Source: an uncultured bacterium (lineage in GTDB: Bacteria > Fermentibacterota > Fermentibacteria > Fermentibacterales > JCC-6). From it: a stretch of DNA of 64,000 bases. The notes under the pieces are model-generated. The model did not search any database, was not told the DNA's origin, and was given only the letters and a program-made list of their open reading frames with translations. This document shows, piece after piece, positions 39,746 through 48,770 of the stretch. The position numbers and the translations under genes are program-made. The stretch covers positions 39,874-103,873 of the forward strand of contig CBDVBK010000001.1 in NCBI GenBank assembly GCA_965372215.1. Direction: 5' to 3'. Every line of letters starts with the position of its first letter. The stretch's first letter is position 1.

Positions 39746-41083
39746 ATGTCTGAAGATGCGATCAGAAAAAAGGTCATGTACATCCGCGATCCTGTACACG
39801 GAAGCATAAGACTTTCCTGTCTGCAGGAAGATCTTATCAAGACAGTAGAGGTTCAGAGACTCAGCCTTGTACATCAGCTGGGTACAACCTACCAGAGCTA
39901 TCCTGGAGCTCATTGCATGAGACTGTCACATGCCCTTGGTGTATCATATCTTGCGGATAAGATAGGAGAACACGTTCTCGAACAGATCGATGGTATCACC
40001 GCGGATGAACAGCTTAAAATGCGCAGGACTCTGCAGGCCGCCGGTTTGCTTCATGATATAGGACACACACCATGGTCACATACTCTTGAACCTCTCTATA
40101 TCGAGATACATGGTGTGGATCACATGAACCTCGTTGCCGACCTTGTGGAGGGCAAACAGACTTTAAGTATCAGAGGTTCCGGCAGAATTCCGAACATTCT
40201 GAGATCATATGATATCAATCCTGAAGACGTTGCAGATCTAATCTGCAGCAGATATAAGGGCCCCTCCTATCTTCAACAGATAATTTTCGGTGAGGTCGAT
40301 GCGGATATGCTCGATTATCTGCAGAGGGATTTCTACTTCACCGGAGTAGCGTTCGGTCATATCGAGATAGAGAGGATCATCTCAACCATGACCTTAGTGG
40401 ATAATGAAATCGTTTTTCTTATCAAGGGTCATGAGGCAATTCGTGATTTCCTGTTTGCCAGAATGCAGATGTACTCCAGTGTATACCTTCATAAGAAGAC
40501 CAGGATTGTAGACATGATGCTTCTCGCAGCAGCCAGGAGAAGTATTGTCGAACTTGAAGAAATACAGAATTTCCATGTTCTTACTGATGATGAGATTCTC
40601 AGCTTCCTTGCCTGTGATTCAAGTGATCCGTGGGTGCGGGAAATGGCATGGAGGGTGAAGTACAGACAGAAGCTCTTTTCTCAGGTATTCCGTATAGATG
40701 CAACAACAACTGATGAGAGTGATATCTCTTTCCTGAATACAATCAGATCATCAGAGGAAACCCCATCCGCGGTCGCAGATACTCTTGTAAAGATGATCGC
40801 TGAAACTGCAGGAGTCGATCCCAGATACATTCTGGTCGATCTGCCCCTTGAGGCGGTAAAGGTATCCGAGGAGAGATTCGAGAGACTTGGAATCAAATAT
40901 GTTGATCAAAATAAAAAGATCAAGGATATTGAGGATATCGATCCAGCTTTCTCTGAATACCTTGCAAGAGCAAAACCGAACAGGAATTATCTGACTGTGA
41001 ATTGCTGTCCTGAACTGAAAGATCTGGTAGAAGATACTTGCAGGGATCTGTTTCACAGAGCGGCAATGCCGCTGTTCAGTTAA
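39746..41083 (+). CDS. HD-domain phosphohydrolase (SAMHD1/dNTPase-like)
   Basis: RDPVHG, QRL..VHQLG, YPGA..RLSHALGV, LLHDIGH.PWSH, DADMLDYLQRD, MYSSVYLHK. Confidence 0.88.
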   Translation: MSEDAIRKKVMYIRDPVHGSIRLSCLQEDLIKTVEVQRLSLVHQLGTTYQSYPGAHCMRLSHALGVSYLADKIGEHVLEQIDGITADEQLKMRRTLQAAGLLHDIGHTPWSHTLEPLYIEIHGVDHMNLVADLVEGKQTLSIRGSGRIPNILRSYDINPEDVADLICSRYKGPSYLQQIIFGEVDADMLDYLQRDFYFTGVAFGHIEIERIISTMTLVDNEIVFLIKGHEAIRDFLFARMQMYSSVYLHKKTRIVDMMLLAAARRSIVELEEIQNFHVLTDDEILSFLACDSSDPWVREMAWRVKYRQKLFSQVFRIDATTTDESDISFLNTIRSSEETPSAVADTLVKMIAETAGVDPRYILVDLPLEAVKVSEERFERLGIKYVDQNKKIKDIEDIDPAFSEYLARAKPNRNYLTVNCCPELKDLVEDTCRDLFHRAAMPLFS

Positions 41084-41811
41084 CCGTTTACAGAACTGAT
41101 GCTTCGGGAGATTCCATCAATTGATCTTCCCGAAGATCTCTGCCAGGTGACTGTTATTACTCCATCGATTTCAGACAGAGAGTTCAACAACTCGTTATAA
41201 TTCTCTATTTTTCTGATACGAAGATGAAATAACAGATTTACGAAGCTGCCATTCTTGTCAATTTCTATATCAACATCATGAATTCCAATACCTGAATGAA
41301 GAAAGACAGCTGTACACCTGTCAAGGAGTTTCAGAGGATCCCCGCTCTCACCACGGATTATTACGTCTCGATATTTCAGGGCAGATACACGATTCTCAAT
41401 CAGTGGAAGGAGAATAAGAACAAGAAGCGCAATACCGGTTGAAGAGGCTGCAAGAAGGTATTGACCTAATCCAATGACAATGCCGATCGCAGCAACAAAC
41501 CATATGCAGGCAGCGGTAGTCAAACCTCTGATAAGATCACTTGTTCTGATTATTGCTCCAGCACCCAGAAACCCGATTCCGGTAACAATACCAGCAACAA
41601 TTCTGCTGATTTCTTCACCTGAAGAACCATTCCCGTTGCTGAATACCGCTGTAATACTCAATCCGCTTATAGTTAAAACAGCTGCTCCGATACAGACCAG
41701 AATGTGCGTCCTTAATCCTGCTGGTCTTCCGTGATATTCTCTTTCAAGTCCTATCAGAGAACCAAGAAATGCAGCAAGAATCAGTTTAACAATCCAACTG
41801 TCGAAATTCAT
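41080..41811 (-). CDS. MgtC/SapB family membrane protein
   Basis: IGLERE...AGLRTHILVC, RIVAGIVTGIGFLGAGAI, GLTTAACIW. Confidence 0.93.
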   Translation of the reverse strand: MNFDSWIVKLILAAFLGSLIGLEREYHGRPAGLRTHILVCIGAAVLTISGLSITAVFSNGNGSSGEEISRIVAGIVTGIGFLGAGAIIRTSDLIRGLTTAACIWFVAAIGIVIGLGQYLLAASSTGIALLVLILLPLIENRVSALKYRDVIIRGESGDPLKLLDRCTAVFLHSGIGIHDVDIEIDKNGSFVNLLFHLRIRKIENYNELLNSLSEIDGVITVTWQRSSGRSIDGISRSISSVNG

Positions 41812-44048
41812 TCGTACCTCCCGGAGTCTTTCGTTGTACCCTTTGAAGCTGAATCGGACACTTCAAGAAGTTCGATGATACCCAGCAGTTCACCGGGTGA
41901 ATATGGTTTACGAAGAATTGCTGCTCCTTTGATCCCTTCTATCTGTGTTGTTTTCTCCACATCAGATGAGCTAGATGTGAAGATAATCTTCAGATCAGGC
42001 CATTGTATTCTCAGGGTTGAGATAGTTTCCTCAAGGGATTCTTCCAGCACCGAGGTGTCCAGTACCAGACAATCAGGGAACGATCTCAAGTATTCTTCGA
42101 CCAGGTGATCCAGATCGGCTGCATTAATAACGTCCATACCTATTGAAACCAGCACATCTGAGACGCTGTTCCTCACCTCTACTGAAGCATCGCAGATTGC
42201 TAAGGATATATTCCCTATTTTTGCAGGTTTCACGGACTCCACAGGGGAGATATCGAACAGAGAATTCTCACTTACACTGAAAAGTATATTAAGACTAGTA
42301 CCGATTGAACCTTCAGTGAAAACCGGGTATAAACCAAGCCTGGCAAGAATCGATGCCAATGAGGATATATGTGAACCAAAATCTCTCTGAATACCTGATG
42401 AATCTGTCTCGGGATCTAACAAGGCTTCCTTGAGAAATACAGGAATTCTTGTTCCGTCACAGTAACTGATCGAAACCGATCTGGAAACAGATCCATCGCA
42501 TTTTGCTGAAAACACCGGATCAGTAGCAGGAAATGGAACGTTCCTTGCACTAATTCTTATCCTTACAGTTCCGGAAACCGATTCAAGTGAATGAAACACC
42601 ATTTTCTTTATTATCTGTGAGAAATCACTTGAAGAACACTCTGCTTTCGGTAGAAACCCAGAGGATTCAACTTCAATTGAGGCTCTTTCCGGAAGTACAT
42701 CGTTGAGTGCTGAAGCAATTCTCTCAAGCTCAGCGGTGATTCCAATAACACCACTCTGCTCCTTTTCCGAGCGTATGGCATTCTGTTTGATTTCAGCGAG
42801 AGTTCGCGTAATTTGACTGAATTGATTTGCGATAGAGGCATCGATACCGGATAGTTCCCTGCCCACTTCAGCAAGTTCAATAGCCTTCTGGATACTGGAA
42901 TAGGTTGTATTTCGCAATGCCTGTGCATGTTCATGTGATTGTGCCTGCTGAGACTCCTCTATTTTCGGAAGCGATGTCATGCTGTCCATTGTATCCAAAT
43001 CCGATTCGGAAACTACTTTTCCGATTACCGCAAAACCGGAATCATTAAATAATTCAATTCGGAAAACTGCCCGGCTGACAGTGCCTGTACTATCAGATAA
43101 ATTCAGAATGAATTCTTTGACTTCCTTTGTTTCAGGATATTCAAACGCACTCGCTTCATCAGGGTTGAAACATGGCAATAAGTGTAATTGCATTCCGATC
43201 GCGTCATCCAGAGGGATGTCAATCAATGATTCCGCTGCTGAATTCATGTGTACTATTTCGTGGTTGCTGTCGAGTTTAAACAATGCCGGAGAATCAGATC
43301 TATCCATCAGTGAAGAGGGATAGACATCGATAAGTGTCATACTTCCAGATGCTCTGACTGCTTTCTCATTTTCATGCTCTTCTTTAAAATAGACCCTCAT
43401 TTCGATCTTCCTGCGAAGATTGGCAAGTCCAAGAATAAGCCCGGGGATAATTATCAGTATCATTACTGCTACAGAAAGCGCATAGAAATAGTACCTGTAT
43501 TCGTTCAACCAGTCCGTTCCTTCAGGATCGGTGAACAGAATCCTCACCAAGGCGGATCTATCCTCTGAAAGCTGCAACGGATAGAACACAGTAAGACTTT
43601 CATCCTGTCCGGATCCGATACGCCTCATGTATGGGATATTGTTATTGAAAGCTGAAACCGCGAGCGAATCACTCCAGGGAATTTTCTCAAATTCATTCCC
43701 TGTTAAGGGCTGAGCAATTACCCATTCCTCGAAATCAAAACAATTAAGGAAATGTGGTCTGAGTTGATGAAATACTATTCCACTCTCCTGTAAACGATTA
43801 AACATAACATCTGAATAATTCAAATTGTTGGACAATCTTACAAGATTCACGGAAACCTGTGATATCTTTTCACTTTCAATAGTAGCAATCCTATCTGATA
43901 TTCTGTCAGTCATATGAAGGTAAAACACAAGTACCACAATAACTGCAATTAATCCTAATATGTAGGGAAATAATTCGCGAATGATAATTTTGGTTGATAC
44001 ACCTTCGAAAAATATCATATCCATCCTTAATCGAATACAAATACACAT
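41808..44048 (-). CDS. membrane-bound hybrid kinase-like protein with degenerate kinase core and C-terminal receiver
   Basis: Two TMs around a periplasmic domain, PAS-like region, decayed HATPase, receiver (PDCLVLD...IIFTS...KPY). Confidence 0.65.
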   Translation of the reverse strand: MCICIRLRMDMIFFEGVSTKIIIRELFPYILGLIAVIVVLVFYLHMTDRISDRIATIESEKISQVSVNLVRLSNNLNYSDVMFNRLQESGIVFHQLRPHFLNCFDFEEWVIAQPLTGNEFEKIPWSDSLAVSAFNNNIPYMRRIGSGQDESLTVFYPLQLSEDRSALVRILFTDPEGTDWLNEYRYYFYALSVAVMILIIIPGLILGLANLRRKIEMRVYFKEEHENEKAVRASGSMTLIDVYPSSLMDRSDSPALFKLDSNHEIVHMNSAAESLIDIPLDDAIGMQLHLLPCFNPDEASAFEYPETKEVKEFILNLSDSTGTVSRAVFRIELFNDSGFAVIGKVVSESDLDTMDSMTSLPKIEESQQAQSHEHAQALRNTTYSSIQKAIELAEVGRELSGIDASIANQFSQITRTLAEIKQNAIRSEKEQSGVIGITAELERIASALNDVLPERASIEVESSGFLPKAECSSSDFSQIIKKMVFHSLESVSGTVRIRISARNVPFPATDPVFSAKCDGSVSRSVSISYCDGTRIPVFLKEALLDPETDSSGIQRDFGSHISSLASILARLGLYPVFTEGSIGTSLNILFSVSENSLFDISPVESVKPAKIGNISLAICDASVEVRNSVSDVLVSIGMDVINAADLDHLVEEYLRSFPDCLVLDTSVLEESLEETISTLRIQWPDLKIIFTSSSSDVEKTTQIEGIKGAAILRKPYSPGELLGIIELLEVSDSASKGTTKDSGRYE

Positions 44049-44238
44049 CGGTAATCCGGATAATTAGTTTTAGCTAAAAAGAGGAGTTTGTCAAGTGCGT
44101 TGTTCGAAGACATCATTTCCAGATTACAATCATCTTGTTTAATCATACGATTTATACTTTATTAGAGACCTTGGTAACAAATGGGAGAACACAAATACGT
44201 CTTTCTACCATTTACTTCGAATATTTTCATTAAGCAGG

Positions 44239-44267
44239 TTGACATACTTGAAAACATAAAGTAAATT
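44239..44267 (+). promoter_or_regulatory. near-consensus sigma70 promoter upstream of the recombinase-like gene
   Basis: TTGACA-17 nt-TAAATT in an AT-rich divergent intergenic region; a second TTGACA on the minus strand at 44089-44094 points to the 41808 gene. Confidence 0.6.
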
Positions 44268-44409
44268 AACATAGGGGTCAGACTTAATCTGTGTGTTTTT
44301 GCTAGCGCCTGCAACTAAATAGTGTATGTACTGGTGAAATTATACAGGTTTAAAGGCAAATACAATGTCATGTATATTGCCTGTTTAATTTGAGAGGGAA
44401 GGGGTAAGA

Positions 44410-45261
44410 ATGACAGATTACATCGAGCAGACCAGGAAGCTTCTCCGGACAGCAGGTAGAAGCCCTAAAACTGCTAACAGCTATCTCTCACATATTCGCC
44501 GACTTGAGAACACTTATGGCGATGAATGTGGCAGCCTTGAGGAATCTACCCTCAGGGAATATCTTGAAGGGCTTGTTGACGAAGGAAAGTCTCTTTCCTA
44601 CATCAATCAGGCTCAAAGCGCGATCAGGTTCATGTACAAGCATGTTCTTCATAAAAACAACCCCCTCCCGGGGCCTGGTCTTATCTCCAAGAAAATACCA
44701 CTCCATGGAATTTTCACCAGAGACGAGATCAAGAATATTTTTGCAAATGTTCATGAACTGAAGTACAGGCTCGCATTGATGCTTATCTACTCTTCAGGTC
44801 TGAGAGTCGGTGAAGCGACTCATCTTCTGAGAAATGCAGTGGATTTCGAGAACCTGGTCATCCATGTAAACGATATGGATGGGGAGCATTTAAGAGACAC
44901 TATCCTGGCAGGTTCAATAGCTGATATCCTTGAATACTTCATCGAGACGAGAACGGATGATTCTCCCTGGATGTTCCCCGGCAGGGGAAAAACAAGTTGT
45001 ATTTCCCCGAGAACCATTCAAAGATCATTTGCTGAAGCCATGCTTGCAGCAGGTATTGATAAACGGGCAACGCTGGGATGGCTCAGACACAGCTTCGCGG
45101 TTCATATGCTTGAGGATGGTACTGACAGGAAACTCGTTCGTAATCTTCTTGGAATATCGACTCCATCCATGATTACTCCCTACATGAAACTTGCCGAGAA
45201 GAGAAGCGCTCTCAGGGTAACCAGCCCTGCGGACAGATTTCTGACCAGAAAAAAGAACTAG
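44410..45261 (+). CDS. tyrosine recombinase family protein (XerD/IntI-like N-terminal domain), catalytic residues partly lost
   Basis: SPKTANSY...SYINQAQSAIRFMY, LIYSSGLRVGE, WMFPG, LRHSFAVHMLEDG, LLG, PY. Confidence 0.85.
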   Translation: MTDYIEQTRKLLRTAGRSPKTANSYLSHIRRLENTYGDECGSLEESTLREYLEGLVDEGKSLSYINQAQSAIRFMYKHVLHKNNPLPGPGLISKKIPLHGIFTRDEIKNIFANVHELKYRLALMLIYSSGLRVGEATHLLRNAVDFENLVIHVNDMDGEHLRDTILAGSIADILEYFIETRTDDSPWMFPGRGKTSCISPRTIQRSFAEAMLAAGIDKRATLGWLRHSFAVHMLEDGTDRKLVRNLLGISTPSMITPYMKLAEKRSALRVTSPADRFLTRKKN

Positions 45262-45270
45262 CTTCATCCT

Positions 45271-45297
45271 GCGGGTCGGGATCATCTCCCGACCCGC
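45271..45297. repeat. perfect 11-bp inverted repeat (terminator or REP-like)
   Basis: GCGGGTCGGGA-TCATC-TCCCGACCCGC, 10 nt after the recombinase stop; no clear U tract. Confidence 0.7.
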
Positions 45298-45447
45298 TCT
45301 CCTGCTGGACGCATAATACTTCTTCAACTCATAGTGCTTCATACAAGGAACGTATCTTCCTGTATCCCGTATTAATCAAATGAATACATATATTTCAGGT
45401 GTATCTGTGTTTATTGCTTTCAAATCAACGAATAAGGAAAGGAACCC

Positions 45448-47574
45448 ATGAAAGTATTGATTTACTCCTGTATCATCGCTGCCATTATCGGAAACGCTCT
45501 GGCATCTTCGGAAGATTTGATCCCACCTGATGTACAAGCCTCTCCAGTTGAGCTGACCATTCACGGAGATGTAAGGATCGATGAATATTACTGGCTTAGA
45601 GACATCGATAATCCTGCAGTCATCGCCTATCTTGAGGAGGAAAACACCTACACTGAGGAAATGCTGGCGCATAAGGAAGTTCTCCGTGAGGAACTCTACA
45701 ACGAAATACTTGCAAGGATACCGCAGGAGGATAAATCTGTTCCATACTTCAGAAACAGGTACTACTACTATACGGTTTTCGAACAGGACAGCGAGTATCC
45801 GCTCTACATGAGAAAAGAAGGAAGCCTTGAGTCTCCGGATGAGATGCTTCTTGATATGAATCTTCTGGCGGAGGGTTATTCCTACTTTCAGATAGAGGAC
45901 ATAAGCATAAGCCCGGATAACAATATTATGGCCTTCTCTGTGGACACGATGGGCAACCATCAGTGCACTATCCTCTTTAAAAACCTTGCTGCCGGAGAGA
46001 TGCTTGATGACAGAGTTCTGAACGCATCTGGAGAGGTGGCCTAGGCAAATGACAGCAGAACGTTCTTTTTCGGGCATCTCGATGCCACAAACCGGACCGA
46101 CAGGATAATGAGAAGAGAACTGGGCAGTACTGATGAGGAACTGGTTCATTTTGAAGAGGATCCAATGTTCTGGCCATGGGTCTACAGGAGCATATCCGGT
46201 GATTTTATACTACTGGGTACTTCAAGCAGGGAATCCTCAGAGGTCTGGTTCCTTGAAACAGACAATCCGAGTGGAGATTTCACCATAATCCAGCCCAGGA
46301 CTGAAAACCTCAAGTATTCGGTCTATCCCTCGCAGAAACAGTTTTACATTCTCACAAATCTTGAAGCTGAGAATTACCGTCTGATGACATCGGATATTGA
46401 ATCACCCTCGATTGACAACTGGGTGGAAGTCATACCTCACAGACAGGATGTTCTTCTGGAAGGCCTTGATATATTCAGTAGATTCATGGTTCTCAGCGAG
46501 AGAAATAGCGGTCTTACAATGTTAAGAGTGATCGAGTTTGCAGACAACTCGGATCACTATGTTGATTTCGGTGAGGAAACATATCTCGCATATACATATA
46601 ACAACTACGAATTCGATACCGATATGCTCCGCTTCGAGTATACATCCATGATAACACCATGGTCCACATTCGATTACAACATGGAAACCCATAAAAGTAT
46701 ACTTCTGAAACAGCGCGAGATCCCGAGCGGATACGACGCAGCTCTCTACAATTCGGAAAGAATCTGGGCACCTGCCGGAGACGGAACATCCATTCCAATC
46801 TCCCTGGTTTACAGAAGGGATATCTTCCATCCCGGAGAGAATCCGCTGCTCCTCTACGGTTACGGATCCTACGGATCCAGTCTAGATCCGGAGTTCAGTT
46901 TTCTTCGGCTGAGTTTGCTTGATCGGGGCTTCGTCTATGCGATTGCTCATGTCAGAGGAGGTCAGGAGATGGGCCGTAAATGGTATGATGGTGGCAAACT
47001 CCTGAACAAGATGAACACTTTCACCGATTTTATTGATTGCGCCGAGTTTCTCATCAATGAAGGCTACTGTAATGAAGATCTTCTCTTCGCTATGGGTGAG
47101 AGCGCGGGTGGTCTTCTTATGGGGGCAGTAGTCAACATGAGACCGGATCTCTGGCACGGAGTGGTTGCCGGGGTCCCATTCGTAGATGTTGTGACGACCA
47201 TGCTTGATGAAACAATTCCACTGACAACCAACGAATATGAGGAATGGGGAAACCCGAACGATCCTGTCTACTATGAATACATGCTTGGCTATTCTCCATA
47301 CGATAATGTCAGAGAGACCGATTACCCGGCCATGCTGGTATATACAGGGCTCCACGATTCACAGGTTGGCTACTGGGAACCGGCAAAGTGGGTTGCGAGG
47401 CTCAGGGATATGAAAACTGATGACAATCCCCTTCTGCTGTACACCGATATGGGATCAGGTCACGGAGGCTCCTCGGGAAGGTTCCAGTGGATAGATCGAA
47501 TAACCTGGATCTACGCTTTCATTCTGGATCAGGCAGGGTCAGGTGCAGGGTCAGGTTTTAACCTGACCCTGTGA
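45448..47574 (+). pseudogene. ptrB: oligopeptidase B (S9A) with signal peptide, interrupted by one in-frame TAG at 46042-46044
   Basis: ORFs 45448-46044 and 46108-47574 are in the same frame; HGDVRIDEYYWLR, YGYGSYG, HVRGG, GESAGG, DSQV, GHGG all present. Confidence 0.85.
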
Positions 47575-47588
47575 GCATGGGGTCGGAC
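47533..47588. repeat. REP-like palindrome cluster (left copy)
   Basis: GCAGGGTCAGGT twice, TTTA, ACCTGACCCTG, then GGGGTCGGAC. Confidence 0.8.
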
Positions 47589-47629
47589 TTCACTTGCGGC
47601 ACTTACGAAATTATAACCGTTTCCGACGA

Positions 47630-48703
47630 CTATATCCATTTCTTCTTTCTGAAAAATGAGAGCATCACAATGCTTACAAGCATCATAAATCCAAGTATCG
47701 CGTAATAGCCATACTTCCAGCCGATCTCCGGCATATATCTGAAATTCATGCCGTAGACACCGGAGATGAAAGTCAGGGGAATGAAAATCGTAGCGATGAT
47801 GGTAAGAACCTTCATTATCTGATTCATTCTGTTACTTACGCTTGAAAGGTACATATCGTGCATTCCGGATATGATGTCTCTGTAGGTTTCTACAGTATCA
47901 ATAACCTGCATTATATGATCGTACAGGTTCCTGAGGAAAACCGCAGTCGGTTTCCTGACAAGGTCAGAGCCACTCTTCTCCAGCAGTGCGATTTCTTCCC
48001 TCAACGGCCAGACGGTTCGCCGCATGAAGAGCATTGCCCTTTTGAATCTGTGAATCTTTGATACATTATCAGGATCCGGATCCAGAATGACCTGATCCTC
48101 AACTTCCTCGATCTGATCTCCGATGGTCTCGAGTATCAGGAAGTAGCTGTCCACCACAGCATCAATAAGAGCGTATGCCAGATAATCAGCCCCTGATCTG
48201 CGGATCCTTCCCCTGCATCCCCTTATTTGCTCCCTTACAGTGTCGAAAACATCACCCGGTTTCTCCTGGAAAGTAATAACGTAGTTTTCTCCAAGAATCA
48301 TACAAACCTGTTCTGTCTCCATTCCCGTACTGATATCGGAATAACTCAGCATCTTCAGTACGATGAACAGATAGCTGTCAAAATCCTCGAACTTAGGTCT
48401 CTGCATGGTATTTACAATATCCTCGACTGTCAGTGAATGAATGTTGAAATACTTCCCGATTTCTTCGATGGTTTCGGCATCATGAATACCGTCAACATTT
48501 ATCCAGACAACATCGGAAGATTTGCAGAGATCAGCGCACTCCTTCGGAGTTGAGTTCTCCTTCTCTTCGTGCAGATTCTCGTTGTAGCGTATATAGGAAA
48601 TGCTGACTTCCTCCATTTTCCTCCTTCCGATGAAAAGAGGAGTTCCCGGAGGCTGACCGGCCTTTTCATGCGCCCTTCGTGAGTAGTTTGTTCCTTCAGC
48701 CAT
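47630..48703 (-). CDS. corA: magnesium/cobalt transporter CorA
   Basis: KAGQPPGT, WINVDG, QRPKFE, MKVLT, YGMNF signature; ATG 48703 with GGGAG SD. Confidence 0.96.
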   Translation of the reverse strand: MAEGTNYSRRAHEKAGQPPGTPLFIGRRKMEEVSISYIRYNENLHEEKENSTPKECADLCKSSDVVWINVDGIHDAETIEEIGKYFNIHSLTVEDIVNTMQRPKFEDFDSYLFIVLKMLSYSDISTGMETEQVCMILGENYVITFQEKPGDVFDTVREQIRGCRGRIRRSGADYLAYALIDAVVDSYFLILETIGDQIEEVEDQVILDPDPDNVSKIHRFKRAMLFMRRTVWPLREEIALLEKSGSDLVRKPTAVFLRNLYDHIMQVIDTVETYRDIISGMHDMYLSSVSNRMNQIMKVLTIIATIFIPLTFISGVYGMNFRYMPEIGWKYGYYAILGFMMLVSIVMLSFFRKKKWI

Positions 48704-48722
48704 AAAAAGCTCCCTTCGCTCT

Positions 48723-48769
48723 GCAGGGTCAGGTTGAAACCTGACCCTGCCCAAGCGGCGTCCGACCCC
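48723..48769. repeat. REP-like palindrome cluster (right copy)
   Basis: GCAGGGTCAGGTT-GA-AACCTGACCCTGC, then GTCCGACCCC (reverse complement of the left GGGGTCGGAC). Confidence 0.8.
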
Positions 48770-48770
48770 G

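Noticed and set aside
44331-44347. LexA box upstream of the recombinase (CTG...CAG)
   Set aside because: Spacing is N11 rather than N10, and this lineage's LexA motif is unknown
45307-45334. dif-like site (GGACGCATAA resembles a XerC arm)
   Set aside because: No TTATGTTAAAT-like XerD arm after the 6-bp spacer
46042-46044. Genome-wide TAG reassignment
   Set aside because: Several conserved genes in the window end correctly at TAG
47533-48769. CRISPR repeats
   Set aside because: Only two copies, 1.2 kb apart, with a gene between them; no spacers or cas genes
44049-48770. Integron (intI with attC cassettes)
   Set aside because: The 283-aa recombinase lacks the IntI insertion, the palindromes lack attC RYYYAAC/GTTRRRY ends, and neighbouring genes are not co-oriented cassettes
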